Source: Scyliorhinus canicula
Taxonomy: Eukaryota
Assembly (NCBI RefSeq): GCF_902713615.1
Contig: NC_052158.1
Location: forward strand, 18,906,546-18,970,545
Reading direction: 5' to 3'
DNA length: 64,000 nucleotides
Shown here piece after piece: positions 26,090 to 39,179 of this stretch; the first letter of the stretch is position 1, and the number at the start of each line of letters is the position of its first letter. The notes beneath the pieces are model-generated. The model did not search any database. It had not been told where the DNA came from and saw nothing but the letters and a program-made list of their open reading frames with translations. Position numbers and translations under genes: made by a program.

Positions 26090-27660
26090 ATAAATGGCAC
26101 ATTTTTCCCACCCTGTTGCTCCCGACACTGATCCCGTTGCACTGGGTGAATAGGAGGAAAGTCCAAAAACGAATTCTCACCTGTCGCAAGTGAGTTTGCA
26201 ATTCACAAGGCCGGTTCTCGATTGTGAGATCTGGATCTCAACCAAAATGGCAAGAACCACATTAAGCCTAATTTGCATTTATTTCAAGCTCATTGCAAGA
26301 TTGAAATCAAATGCAATGGCCTCCCGGGAGTCACCCCCCACCCCCAGCGACATATCACACGGGTGTTATTTAGTACTTCTCTACAGAAACAAGGACCTGG
26401 CGCAATGGCTACCGAGAGGAAGTGAGTACCCTCGCCATTAACCGGCATGCAGCTCCAGGGCACCAGAACCTTGGCCACAGTGCACTGTGTATTTGGGGAA
26501 GGGGGGTGTGTGTGACTGGAGTTGTTCTGGAGGCTGGAGGGGGCCAGATTCGAGGTTGCCTGTGGGCTCAGGGGAAAGGGTTTTGTGACTGTGAGGCCTT
26601 CAAGCCATGTTTAAATATTGTGGAGGCCCATAGCAAGGGCTACCACTGCTGAAACCTGCCTATCCTACCAATCTCCCCCAGGACAGAGCCAGGCTGCAGC
26701 TTCACTCATGAAAGTCAATTCCACTCCCTTTGACAGTGAGCGCCCTTCAGGCTATCTCAAGGGAGAGATTAGTCTTGTTAGTTGTGAGAGCACTTCACGC
26801 TTCTGAATTCTCAAGTGCCTCCTCAAAGGAACAGGTGCCCTGACTGAGAGGATAATTAGTGGACTGGATGTCCAGGAAACTTTGATGCCTGAACAGTGTG
26901 CCTGTACTCTCGCAGCATCAGCACCATTGAAGGCAGCTATCAACAATCAAACACAAAAGAGCAGGGCTTCACCACTGAGGATCCTCTCGCAGCTAAAGGG
27001 TAAGTGTCTGGATGAGCAGAGGACATGTGAGCACAAGCTCCTTAATGTTGCTGGCACAGGTCTGGGATCTAGGGGCTCCTGATATGGCCAGGAGTGATTG
27101 TGCAGATGAAAAGTTTGCCAGCACAACTGGCTCACTGGATGGCACTCTGAGAGAAGGTGGGACAGCCATGGTAACAGTCGGGGAGGTTTGAAAGATGGCA
27201 GGGTTCTGGGATGGAAGACCTAACTGACTGTCAGTCTCTCTCTCTCTTTCTGTAATTCCTTCCAGATATAAAAATGAACATTGATGTCAATCCCCCGGAC
27301 GTCCTTGTTCTGCTTGTTGTAGCCAAGGCGGGCAAACACTGAAGAAGACAGCAAGGCAATGCAGGCTGGAGGCCTGTGCAGGGGGTTGCTGCATACCCTC
27401 AAGCGTCAGCCACCCATCAGGCTGAGGATGGGGCCAGAAGGGGAGACCAGCGATGTGTCAGGGTGTACAGAAGTCGTCGGTCATTCATTGAGCTGATGGA
27501 CAGCATATGTTGCAGAGGTCAACAGAGAGACAGGGCAGTACCTGTGCCACATCCTCACAGACATGACATCCCATGGAGGAGGAGAACACCTGCTGTTGGT
27601 GGCCACTACAATCCTACATTCTACAATTGTCAGCCCACAGGTGCACCCAGGAGGTGACGA
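26090..27660. mobile_element. Degraded Harbinger-like element
   Basis: Terminal-type sequence resembling other shark Harbinger-like repeats; no intact ORF. Confidence 0.35.
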
Positions 27661-28829
27661 TGAAAGGAAAAAAAAACCAAATAATTAAGAATGGATGCTG
27701 AAGAGCTAAGCCATGCGTAACTTAATAAGATATAACTTTTTTTAAACTATACTTCAAAAAAGTAGAAAAGTTAATATACCAGCTGTTATATACTTAGATT
27801 TTCTGAAACCTTTGCAAACCCACCACATCGTACTCCTATTATAAAAGTCAGTGGAGTCTGGGTCAAATAGTTGAATGAATGACAAAGTGGCTAGAAATAG
27901 AAAGCCAATACAAAGCTAAAGGATAGATCTTTAGATTGATGGAAAAATCAGTACAGTTATTCCAAATTCACATTCATCATTTGAATTTAGAAAGAAGTAG
28001 CTCAAAATTAAACCTTCGAGTGGATACACGAGGTGGTGGACTGTGGGAAAGGGCATGGTTCAAGGTTGCAGAGAGATTATACAACATCAAAAAGTGAAGT
28101 TGAGACAAATATATTTTAATATAAATGGATAATGGATTTTATGTGGAGTGATTCATTGTGGTACGAAAAACAGAACCACTAAGGAATGATAAGCCGTCAA
28201 ATAACAGCAAAATACTGCAGATGCTGAAAATCTGAAGTAAAGACAGAAAGTGCTGGATAAACTCAGCAGGTCTGGCAGCATGTGTAGAGAGAGAAACACA
28301 ATTAACATTTCCTGTCCAATATGATTCTTCTGAACAAGCTTGTCCAAGGGTCATATGGAAACATCTGCTTTTCTTTTGGAATAATAAACTGATTGGGTAG
28401 TATTGCAAAGAGATCTATGGGTACTATGGTGGACAGATCATAAAAAGAGGCATTGCAGGTCAGCAAAGCAATTAAAGTTACTTATACAGCACTGGGATTT
28501 ATTTCTAGGGTATATCATTCAACAGTGGCAAAACTATTTTAAACTTGCATAGGAAACCCGATACGGCTGCATTAAGAATCCTGTTATCTCGACCAATTTT
28601 GATCTTTGTTGTATAAAATGGACTTAGAAACATTGGAGAAAGTGCAACAAAAGATGTAAAATGAAGGTACCAGAACTGAGGACAAGGATATGGGGGTGGA
28701 TATTCCAAAACAGCTTTTACGCTGGTGAGCTTTCTTTGATTGATTCTCTGCCCCCGCCAATGATGTAACAGGAATCCTAATTTGGAAACCCGACTTACAG
28801 GTAAAAAGATTAGCATGCACAAGTTCCAT

Positions 28830-30460
28830 GCCATATTGTTGGAGGGTGACCTATAATTGGCCTACCCGCAGTCAGATCCCAGACTGGTGGAGGGGTGGCT
28901 GAACTCAAGATCTTGACAGACTTTGAGGAGAGCACACTTCAGCTGGTCGGTGAAGACACGGACTGTTCCTGTGCTGATGGCGCGTTTGGCAGCACTCAAC
29001 CAAGTGAAGATCTAGCACTGCCGCATCTATCAGCCTACCATGCTGTGAGTGACATCTCCTGTGTCATCAATCCCTGCTATTGACCTCTTCTTCTTTTGCA
29101 GCCACAGGAGCAGGATTCACTGACCCAGACCTTGAAGAATCATCACAGTGCACATCCACATCCATATCCACATCCTCATCCACAATAATAAAGATTATTA
29201 TTATCCTCCACTAGTGCAGAAACACACACTTCTGTGGGACCACGTTCTCGAGTTACCTTGGGGTCACAATCTGGTGAGCACATTGGACATTCTGATCCAC
29301 AGCAGGCAGAGGCAGGGACATCCCAGGGTGTTGGCACTCGAGGATTGCTGGAGGCCAGGAATCTGTTAGGAGATGTGCCTCTGGACTTAGTCACTCCTCA
29401 AATGCTGGAGCACCAAAGGCAAACTTGGAAAAATCAGGAAGGGATATTTGGTACACTCCTCAGATTACAAGACAGGATGTAGGAGTCCATCTGCCTTCAG
29501 ACTGAAGTAATCGTGCTGGGATGTGAATGCATCAAGGTCAACATTGGTAGATTGGTGACTGCCGTGGAGACCTTGTCCCAGGACATCTATCCTGTACTGC
29601 TACAGAAGCTGCACTCAATAGCAGGGACATTTGCTGACATCCAACAATGTCACCACTGGAGGGGGGGGGGGGGGGGGGGGCAATTCATCAGGACCTCACT
29701 CCAGCTCACACATAGGGAAGAAGATCAGCTGGTGCACACACCAGGATTAACACCCAGGTGACTCTGGGAGAGTCTGTTCCAGCTAAATCCCCTCTTCCTG
29801 TGACCCCATCAGCTCCAACTCTACAGGCTGAGAAGGGAGGCACTGCCACACAGCGAGACCCTGACAGCAGGCCAGGACCCTCCAGGTCTCAACCCTCCAG
29901 AGGATGCATGGTTTGGTTGATCCAATCAAAGTGCACAAAGTTGTGTGTCCTTGCAAAGATTGCACCCATCACTTTCTGGTTGCACCTGTGTGCGGAAGCT
30001 TGTGGAATCCCACAGAGGTCACCTGTGGACCCTTGAAGAAGCCACAGGCATAACAACGTTCAGAGACACTGGGAGTGTTTGCCCTCCAAGTCCCTGTGGC
30101 ACCAGATCCTGCAGCAGGTGGCAGATATGTCCAACCAGTTCCTTGGATATACATTCCCTACGGTGACATTGATATGTCAAGGACAGTCTGCATATCCTGG
30201 TCCTAGCAATATGCCTATGAGCAACAACTCTTGAGGGTTCATCCTTTGCATCCAGGAAAAGTCCTGCCACCCTTTCCTCTTGACGGTTCTGCTCCTCCCT
30301 TTGGCGAGCAAAGCACAGCCACTGACATCTTCTCTTCTGCCTTTGAGCGGGAAGAGTGGCAGCGAAATCACCAGGCTCCAAGCACCTGATGGTGTTCCTC
30401 AATGCAGTATCAAAGACAGAGACTTCACAGTTAGCTTATGTCTGCTGATAACCACTCTTT
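28830..30460. mobile_element. PIF/Harbinger remnant: Myb-partner remnant (+) converging on a transposase N-terminal remnant (-)
   Basis: Minus strand 29900-30450 decodes across frameshifts to HARBI1-like ..YA.G.FQG..GDLCGI.QASAHRC; the plus strand resembles the remnants at 0.4-1.2 and 10 kb. Confidence 0.55.
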
Positions 30461-30984
30461 GTCCATCCGTCATCTGCAGCTGCCTCTCAAACCCCATTGA
30501 CTCATGTCCTGGCCATAACTTTGATGCCCAGTCCTTCATTTTCAAGCTGGTTCAGCAAGACTCCACAACACCACTTCCTTACAAGATGTGACTGAGTCGG
30601 AGCAGCTTTTGTCACTTGACTGAACCCTGAACTCTCATTTCAGGTGCAGCATCGTCCACACCTTCACACCAAGGCCTTGCATTCAGCCTCGTCCATTGGG
30701 GCCACATCAATAGAGTGAAGGATTATGAGAAGTATCCTCGGGCAGTGTGCCATGGTCACCTTTCTTCGGGGATAGTGTTGCTAGTTCAGTTTGACAATAG
30801 TACAGCCACACAAAGCACTCATTGAATTTGGAAGTCTATGTACCAATGTTTAAATGCTGAGCAGCAATCACCGGCACTCTCACACATAAGTGCTGCTTGA
30901 GTGGGAACAATTGTGTGACTAGTCTGATTCCAAGCATGTCAATTCGGCTCAAACTAAACAGTCTCAGCTGCCACAGAGTGCTTA

Positions 30985-31150
30985 GGGGCTGGTTTAGCAC
31001 AGGGCTAAATAGCTGGCTTTTGAAGCAGGCCAGCAGCACGGTTCATTTCCTGTACCAGCCTCCCTGAACAGACGTCGGAATGTGGTGACTAGGGACTTTT
31101 CACAGTGACTTCATTTGAAGCCTACTTGTGACAATAAGCTATTTTCATTT
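30985..31150 (+). mobile_element. Short tRNA-derived SINE
   Basis: Same family as 17575-17760. Confidence 0.8.
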
Positions 31151-31779
31151 CATCCTTGACATGTGATTCCATTTGACTTGCCTTTGCCTTCTGACATTCC
31201 CCCCACCCCACTGTGATTGTGTGGCATCCTCAGTCTGTGCTGATTTCACCACCACACTCCCCAATCACATTGAGGTCCATGCCCCGGGTTTCCCTTCCCT
31301 CCCGTCAGGCCTGCACTGAAACCCAAACCTCAGGCTTCCTTTCCCTTGGACCCCTTCAAGCCTGCACTAAAGCCTGTATCCCAGTGCCACCAGGCAGCTG
31401 CTGAAGAAGCTGCTGTGAAGAGTTGCCTGTACTGAGAGAGTGGATGGAGTGTGATGGAGAACTCAGCATTGCAGCAACTGATTGGAGCAAATGGCTCAGA
31501 TACTTTCAAAAGGAAACTGGACAACAATACGATAGAACAGAGAATGGAAAGAGTTTGTGAAAAGCTGACAGGAGGCAGAAAGATTGGGGCCAGACTCCCT
31601 GTGTCTGTGATGTGGTCGATACACTTCAGCACAGATTAGTTGTACCCAATTGACTCTTTCTATGCTGCATATTGACAGTAGAAAAAGTCAAGCAATAAAC
31701 AACGTTTCTATCAATAAGCCACAGGCTGATCTGAGTGTTATTCAGTTATAATGACACTGTGCAAACATTGTGGGGGTTA

Positions 31780-32085
31780 TTTCATAACACGGAGTGCAGA
31801 AGGAGGCCATTCAGCCCATCGAGTCTGCACCAACCCACTTAATGGTTGATGCCTCACTTAATCCCTCGCTTTCACCCAACCCCATAACCACTGCTAACTT
31901 TTTTTTGGTACGGGCAATTTATCATGGCCAGTCCACCTAATCTGCTCATTTTTGGGCTGTGGGAGGAAACCAGAGCACCCCCACGCAGACCCCGGGAGAA
32001 CAGACAGTGACCCAGCAGGGAATCGAACTTGGGACCCTGGCTCTGTGAAGCCACAGTGCTAATCACTTGTGCTATCGTGCTGCTT
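31780..32085 (-). mobile_element. HE1-type SINE
   Basis: Reverse complement has the tRNA-like head, a partial core and TGGCCATGATAAATTGCCC. Confidence 0.75.
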
Positions 32086-32411
32086 CAGTAATTGTGGCTG
32101 GAGCAGGTTGGCCAAAATCCAAACTATGATCTTCTAAAGCAAAATCTTAATTCAGAAATTGTCCTTTTTGATGTGAAAGCCATCAACGTTGCTCTGTTGT
32201 TTAAGCCCACCTCCCCCAGACTTCTGAGACTCTGTCTGACATTTACTTCTTTACAGATCGCGCGTCCATCAATGAATATGATGGAAATTCGCGACTTAAA
32301 CCATAGAAGGAATGGGAATCTTTTCGGGCCAGCCTTTCGGCAGTACTGGGAAAGAATTGGGAATTCCGGTCTCAACATCAAATAGCCAGTCAGGTAAAAT
32401 AATCCATTTAC

Positions 32412-32491
32412 TTTGCGATAAAGTATTCCACTTATCCGACTATCCTCGGGATCATTCCTCTCTCCTGTTTGTTTCTGAGTTCGCTTACAAC
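32412..32491 (-). CDS. Ig-domain gene, candidate cytoplasmic exon (GCKRTQKQTGERNDPEDSRISGILYRK)
   Basis: Acceptor ttttctcctttAG and donor GTAAAT. Phase 1 is the only open frame, matching the phase-1 end of the TM exon. Later exons are unresolved. Confidence 0.55.
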
Positions 32492-33309
32492 CTAAAGGAG
32501 AAAACCCTTGTTAATGTGTCTCTGGGATTGTTCAATTACTAGTCTTGGAATACTCAGTATAAATCAATATTTCCAAGAGTGGGAGAAATAAACAATAATC
32601 TAACATCTGCTGTGGAGTGTGTGTGTGTGGGAGGGGGTGGGGGTGAGGGAGGGCTGGGGGCGGGTAGGGACATATTTTATTAGAGATAGAGTGAACATTG
32701 AAAAGAAATACGGACTGACCATGGCGAGCTATCTCATAAAATAAGTAATATCTAACAACTAGTTGAATACTTTGATATGTACCGAAAGTTATGGAGAAAC
32801 AATGAATAATGGAAAATGTTAATAAGAATGAGCGCGCATGAAATTGGATGCATCATATGGGCATTGTTGTGGAATTGATGAGGAGCTGGGAGACAAGGGG
32901 TAAAATTATATATGTACCCTTCTTGACAGGTTGTATAAGTGTCCCCCCACCCCCACCATCACCAAGGATCTATCCATACTGAGGTTATATTTTTAAATAA
33001 CCTAGTTGAAGTAATAGAAAGTAAAATAGCCAAGTTTGCTGATGGTAGTAAATTAGGCGACACCGTAAATCATGCAGATAGGATGGATGTTGCTCAGAGA
33101 TACTGATAGATTAAGTGAATGAACTACACTGCAGCAAATTAAGTTTAAGGTGGGGAGTATGCCTTTGCGTTGTGCCGAAGAAATACTAAAAGATAGTGGA
33201 CAGGTACAAAAGAATTAATAAAGTTAACAACATTTGGTGGTTTTTTTTATCCTCAAGCAGGCGCTCCAGTGGCCTGGCATTCAAATCTGAACACAACAGC
33301 ACGTGAAGA

Positions 33310-33465
33310 ATAGATGATGTGGAGATGCCGGCGTTGGACTGGGGTGAGCACAATGAGAATTCTTACAACACCAGGTTAAATTCACCTGAAGAAGGAGCAG
33401 TGCTCCGAAAGCTAGTGTTTGAAACAAACCTGTTGGACATTAACCTGGTGTTGTTAGAATTCTTA
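33310..33465. mobile_element. Penelope-like element end with inverted arms
   Basis: About 25-bp inverted arms (AGAATTCTTACAACACCAGGTTAA / TTAACCTGGTGTTGTTAGAATTCT) flank a hammerhead motif. Confidence 0.65.
33383..33417 (+). ncRNA. Minimal hammerhead ribozyme motif (Penelope type)
   Basis: CAC-CUGAAGA-A-GGAGC(AGU)GCUCC-GAAA-GC-UA-GUG: both core boxes, a 5-bp stem II, palindromic AGCU stem III and a CAC/GUG stem I. Confidence 0.6.
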
Positions 33466-34214
33466 CGAAGAATATATGGGCTTTGGAGAGGATGGCATTG
33501 TGACTAAAAGGAATAATTTACCAGGGCAGGTTACAGGTATTAGGCAAGTATTTCCTTGGTCTATATGCATAAGGGTTGGTCTAATTGAGGTGCTTCAGAT
33601 AATTGAAGGATTTAACAGAACTTAAGTGAGAGAGCAATCAGCTCATCTCCTCTGATGAGAAAATGGTATTATCACCTCACAATCTTGCGCTAGGCCATTC
33701 AGGAATGGTGGCACAAAAAATATCATGTCTAATAAAATATTAAACTCGCCCCATAAATACTGTTGAGGCTGCGTTTTAATTCAAACTTTCAAAAGTGAAA
33801 TTAATAAATGTTTGTGCTGTAACACTATTAAAGGAAAATGGAAGCAAAGTGGATATGTAGAGTTAAGATACAAATCAGTCATGATTTAAACAGAATACTG
33901 ATACAGGTTTCAAGGACTAAATGGCTTCCCCTGATTGGCATGCTCTGTTTTATGCATCAGAAGCACTCAATTCACACTATATTCCATCCACGTGTATCAA
34001 TTGATTTAATTCTAACTCTTCCCATGTATGGGACAGTAGGTTGGATGAACAGCAACAAATAAAATAAATAATATTACAAGAATGACTGACTAACGAGGAT
34101 TACCGTTACTTTCAAATTATGAAACCCACCGCTGGAAAGATTTTTTTATGCATTCATGGGATGTGAACATGGCTGGCTGGCTGGCTCAGCTTTTTTTTCC
34201 TGTTTTTATGAATT

Positions 34215-34390
34215 TAAAGTACCAAATTTTCCTCCCAATTTAGAGTGGCCAATCTACCTTCCCCCGCACATCTTTGGGCCCTCGAGGTGAAACCCACGCA
34301 AACACGGGAAAATGTGCAGTGACCCGGCGTCGAACCTGGGACCTCAGCGCTGTGAGGCAGCAGTGCTAACCACTGCACCACCGTGCCGCC
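34215..34390 (-). mobile_element. Short HE1-related SINE variant
   Basis: Reverse complement resembles 24975-25145. Confidence 0.75.
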
Positions 34391-34602
34391 AGCGTTTAAT
34401 GTCAATTGACTTTCAACTAAATGGCTTGGTGGCCATTTCAGGCGGGCATTAAGACTCAACCACACCGACTCCTTCCATTTCCATGATGCATAGAAGAGCA
34501 TTTTAGATTAACGTTGAGAGTTAATTCTATATTTAGAAAGTAGAACAAATATAGAGAGAGTATTGCAGGCTACCTGCAGCGAGTCACATTGTTGCTGCTT
34601 AC

Positions 34603-34698
34603 CTCTTCGCATTTTCACAATCAGACACAAGACGATTAAAAAAACAGCAAGACCAACAGGTGGAAGGATGACTTCAAGTACCGATGTTCGTTTTGCGT
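34603..34698 (-). CDS. Ig-domain gene, transmembrane exon (DAKRTSVLEVILPPVGLAVFLIVLCLIVKMRR)
   Basis: 96-nt phase 1-1 exon with acceptor acAG and donor GTAAGC; hydrophobic helix followed by basic residues. Confidence 0.85.
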
Positions 34699-35879
34699 CT
34701 GTATTTGTGTAATGTGTAACATTTTAGTTATTTCATTGACCTTCGACCACTGCTAAGTGCTGTTACTGTAAAGTAATTTAGGAGTGGAAGCATTGATTTG
34801 AAGAATTGGGACTTCAGTTACTTCACGACTTACATTTGATTTCTACATTCTAGACGATCGTCATAACTGAATAAAAGGTGTCTAATTATTCATTTATATA
34901 TTAATTGAATATGGATCCTCGTTTTTTTTGTTTGCTTTACTTTGCAATCTGCTTACACGAGGAAAGGTTTTAGGCGGCAATACCTGCTCGAAACACGCCC
35001 GCACTAAGTTAAAATTGACTCATATAACTCATTAAACATGTATATCTATTTGTTATATACTGAGCTAATGACCTTAGTTCCACTTATAATAATTGAGCGA
35101 GCTGGAATACCATGGAATATTATCGGTAAGGCAACAAATGTGAGTACAGCAATGGGTATGGCTTCATGTAAAGTTCTATGTGGCCAACCACCTCGATTAC
35201 TTAGTAATCAAATGTGAATCTCAAAGTAACTGATGTTCCAATTCTCCAAACAAAAGTTTTCCTCCCTAAGTTAGGATTGTGCAAACTTAGTTTCAACTTT
35301 TTCCGAGATTAATTTCCATGTCAGGACTTATAATGTAAACTATTGAGGTAAACCTATCATAATATATTCCTGTGACATTGCTCTACACAGTATTTTAATG
35401 AAAGCATGAAAATATGTCACAATGAGGCAGACAAATTGGCCCATCTAGCTGATCATCCCATAAAGCCCACCATCCCCCATTCTAATATCTAATTGCTCTT
35501 CACATGACACCAGAGTGTTTCTACAACACCCCGACCCCAAACCATGCAAGGCATTAATCTTGTGAAAAGTGTTTTCTTAAGCTGATCTTAACTTTTACCA
35601 ATTTTAACTATACCCTTTTGTATTTCAGTTAAAATTAGAGGAACAATAACCTCCTCACAACAGTGCGCAGAAGATCATTGTTGGTATCTATGGATAACCC
35701 GCATTTGTGCACAAAAGGTAAAATTTCAAAGGTTGACAATGACGTAAAGTTAGAAAAAATCGGCGCAGACAACAGGTTAACATAGGTTAATTTTACATAG
35801 ATAAACGCCAAGTGATCCACTGTGCATCAGCCAGATAAAGAAAGTAAATATAAATCAATTTAAACAGTTCTGAATGGGG

Positions 35880-36480
35880 TGCTGAACACAATCTTTGAAG
35901 ATCAAAGGACAGTTGAAAAGACTTAAATACAAGATCCTCGGCGTTATACCGAGAGGCATAGATTTCAAGAGCATGGAAGATATGCTAAATCTTTATGAAA
36001 CTCTGCATAGTCTGGGCTGGAGTTTTGTGCCAGTTCTGGGCACCCCACTTTAGGAAGGATGTTGAACCTTAGACAGGGTGCTGAGGGAATTTACTGGGGA
36101 TATAATATTATGTGGAAAGATTAGAGCGATGGCGTGGTTCTCCTTAACACAGAGAATTGTAAGAGATGTATTCAAATGCATGAAAGGTTTTGATTTAATA
36201 AATAAAGATAAATAATTCCAGTGCCAGATGTGTTGGTAATGAGAAGACACCGATTTGTAATTGGAAAAAGTCCCAGAGGTGGCACAAGGGGAAAAATCGC
36301 TGCAAGATGTTAGGATTTGTGAATGCACTGACAAGCAATGATGGAAACAGATATAAGAATTTCAAAATGGAATTGAACAGATAAGTGAAGTGGAAACATT
36401 TGTATAGCGCTAAGGACAGAGAAGGTGAACTGATTTGATATCCCTGTCAGATAGTCTGGAAGGGCACAATGGGTCTCCTG
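35880..36480 (+). mobile_element. Old degraded CR1 3' fragment
   Basis: Decayed RGIDFKSMEDML.LY...FWAPHFRKDV. Confidence 0.65.
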
Positions 36481-36818
36481 TATTCGATCATTCTGCTGGA
36501 TTAATACTGATTTTAATTTAGTGAAATGACCTGAAGGGTATATGATTTCCTGAATAGGCCATTATTAAATTCAAGATTCACCCTTTCAGTTTTCAATCAA
36601 GTGCATTGAAATATATGAAGCGATATACGGCAGGAACAGCTTTTAATGTGTATTAAATAACCTTACACCAAAATTCTAGAAAATAACATCCAAAAAGTCT
36701 GAAATAAATTATTTACTTAACGTAGACTTCTTCAATTAGTGCTGGTCAAATTAAAGCATCGTGAGAGGAAATTATCTTAATAATTGAGGAAACATATTTC
36801 ACACAAGGAAGTACCTAC

Positions 36819-37184
36819 CCATTCTAGACCCGGATTGGGGCTGTACTGTTAACGTCAGTTTCGTCGTTCTTGTCCCCCCTGAGTCGGCAATGGTTAATTC
36901 ATAAATCCCGCTGTCATTAAATTGTAAATCTTTCAGCAACAATGAGGCATTTTCTGGGGGAAATTCAACTCGATGTTTGTAATGATCAGAAATAGTGTAG
37001 TAACCACGTTCAGTGTTGTCGCTCTTTGGTAGACATTTATATTGCACAATTCTAGTCCCAGTTTTGATCCATGTAATCCGGAGGTAACCGTCTGAGTCGG
37101 AGACTGTGTAAGAGGCGGATAGGAGCACAGACTGACCAACGGTTCCATTCACACTGTCCTGGTTCACCCTCAGTGTTACAGCGG
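36819..37184 (-). CDS. Ig-domain gene, IgV exon (CD2/SLAM/CEACAM/HEPACAM-like N domain)
   Basis: 366-nt phase 1-1 exon: VNGTVGQSVLLSASY...ITW...YKHRVEF..NASLLLKDLQFNDSGIYELTI...LTLTV. Acceptor tttAG, donor GTAGGT. Confidence 0.92.
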
Positions 37185-37867
37185 CTAAAGGTGGAGACAA
37201 TCATTGTTTCAATATCAAGACACAACATCTGAATAATAAACATAAACATTATTTAAACTAAAGTGGATAACTGTATATAATTGAAATAAACATTAGCTGC
37301 ATCTTCGATATTTCCACTCCACATGGTGATGGTCCTGGATCAGTAAGGACAATGCTTGGAACATTCTACTCCACATTTCACTGTAACTAGAGAGTTCCCA
37401 ATAGCAACAATCCATAGTAACATTGTACTAATATTTGTGAAAGAACTAACTGACATTACATCTATAAATCTTTTCATCACATTTACACACCGACTGGTTG
37501 GGGATCTCGGGAAGATGTAAAAACTTGGATCGATTGTGTGAACCAGCCGGCGGGAATTATTCTGACCAGTTTTACTTCAGCAAATTGTCATTCGGTTCAA
37601 TGTGTCCAAGCGCTGGTTGTTTAAAAATTAGACCCACTTTCCCGCGCTTTCTCAAAAGCCTTGCGATTTTTGTTCAGTGTTTTTCAAAATGAACATTAAT
37701 AAGGAAAAAATTAGTTTTGCCACTTAATGGCTGCAAATATATTTCGTTAAATTATAGTTTTCCTCAAAATTATACCCTGATGTCTTATCCCAGACAATCC
37801 CTCCAACTCTTTCACAATCCAAGCAAATGGAAAAGTTTACATTTTGTACAGGAATAGTAACACTTAC

Positions 37868-37943
37868 CAGTCAGAGCAAATAGATTGCAAGTGAAAAGGT
37901 AAACAGCACACACTCTTGAAGTCCCATTTCTTTTCAATGACAT
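37868..37943 (-). CDS. Ig-domain gene, signal-peptide exon (MSLKRNGTSRVCAVYLFTCNLFALT)
   Basis: 25 codons plus 1 nt, ending at a perfect GTAAGT donor and in phase with the IgV exon. Confidence 0.8.
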
Positions 37944-39179
37944 TTTATTGCAGATTCTGTTGAACTCTCTCCAGTTGAGTTTGGTGAGAGGCAATGTTCA
38001 GACCCTGTCAATGTAAGAAGTATCAGCAGTGATGTCAATCCAAACTCTTGTCCGGGAAACAGGATGAGGTAGAGTCACAACACAGAGCAACATTCATCTC
38101 AATTTCTGCATTGGCCAACCCCCAATTTATTTCCTGTTATCTGAAAGCGATGCTTGAGACTCTGAAGCCTATTTCCAAGCTGCGATTTGAAGACTTCAGA
38201 GAGTGAGGTTGTTCTGGGGTCTCCTATCCCACCAACATAAGCTCGGTAGAAGATTGAGTGAAACATGAAAAGTGGCCTCTTTGTTTGAATACACTACCGG
38301 CCGAATTTCCTGATGCCGACATTGGGGAATGTGGAGACAGTCACCACTTTTGTACCCGAGTTCCTTCGGAAATTCTGACACATGCACATGCGGTAATTGC
38401 CCGGGAAGTTTAAACTTCCCACGGGACCTCCCAAGAATGTCTCCAGTACAAACCTCAGAATCAGAGGTTGGGGCCTCTTACGTGACACTTCCCCAGATAC
38501 TCACCTGAGTTTTCTCTGGCTGTTCATTTCTGGGGTAGGTCAGTGATTAATAGGAGAGCGGAGCTCACCCACCCACCACCAACTGATTACCCACACACTC
38601 ATCCATCTCTCACCAATTGGACTCATCCATGTTACTATTGCCATTTCTAGTGTCTAGAGACTGAGTGGTCCATCCGGTTTTATTCATTTTCAACTGCAAT
38701 TTAATACAACTGAGTCATTGCTGAGCTTGCTGAACAATTTCAGGTCAGAGAAAAGCCATTACTGGTGGGCCTGAGGTTCATGTCGGTGAAATCGGATATG
38801 GACAGCAGATTTCCTTTCTGAAGGGCAAGAGTAAACCAGTTGGAGATTTGCAACATTCAATGATAGTTAGTAGCTTTTAATGCCAGGCCTGTGAATTAAA
38901 TATAGATTCCACCAACTGCCAGAGTGGGAGTTGAATTAGAGACCCGAGAACAATGGTTCTTAAAGCGGGTTTTGTGGAACCCTGGGGTTCTGCGGGGACC
39001 CAACCCGAGAAGAGTAGACGAGTCAAGGCGAGAGGACATTGCGGGGTGGGGAAGGAGAAAAGAGCCGAGGCTGGAAATGGGGACCCCCGAGGAGGGTTGA
39101 GACCTAGGTCGGGGGGAGCACACAGAAGAGCCGAGGCCAAGGGAGGGCCAAGAGGAGGATGTGGCCGCAAGTGGGCGAG

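Noticed and set aside
28190-28330. Another Penelope-derived hammerhead on the minus strand
   Set aside because: The repeat is recognisable but the catalytic boxes are destroyed.
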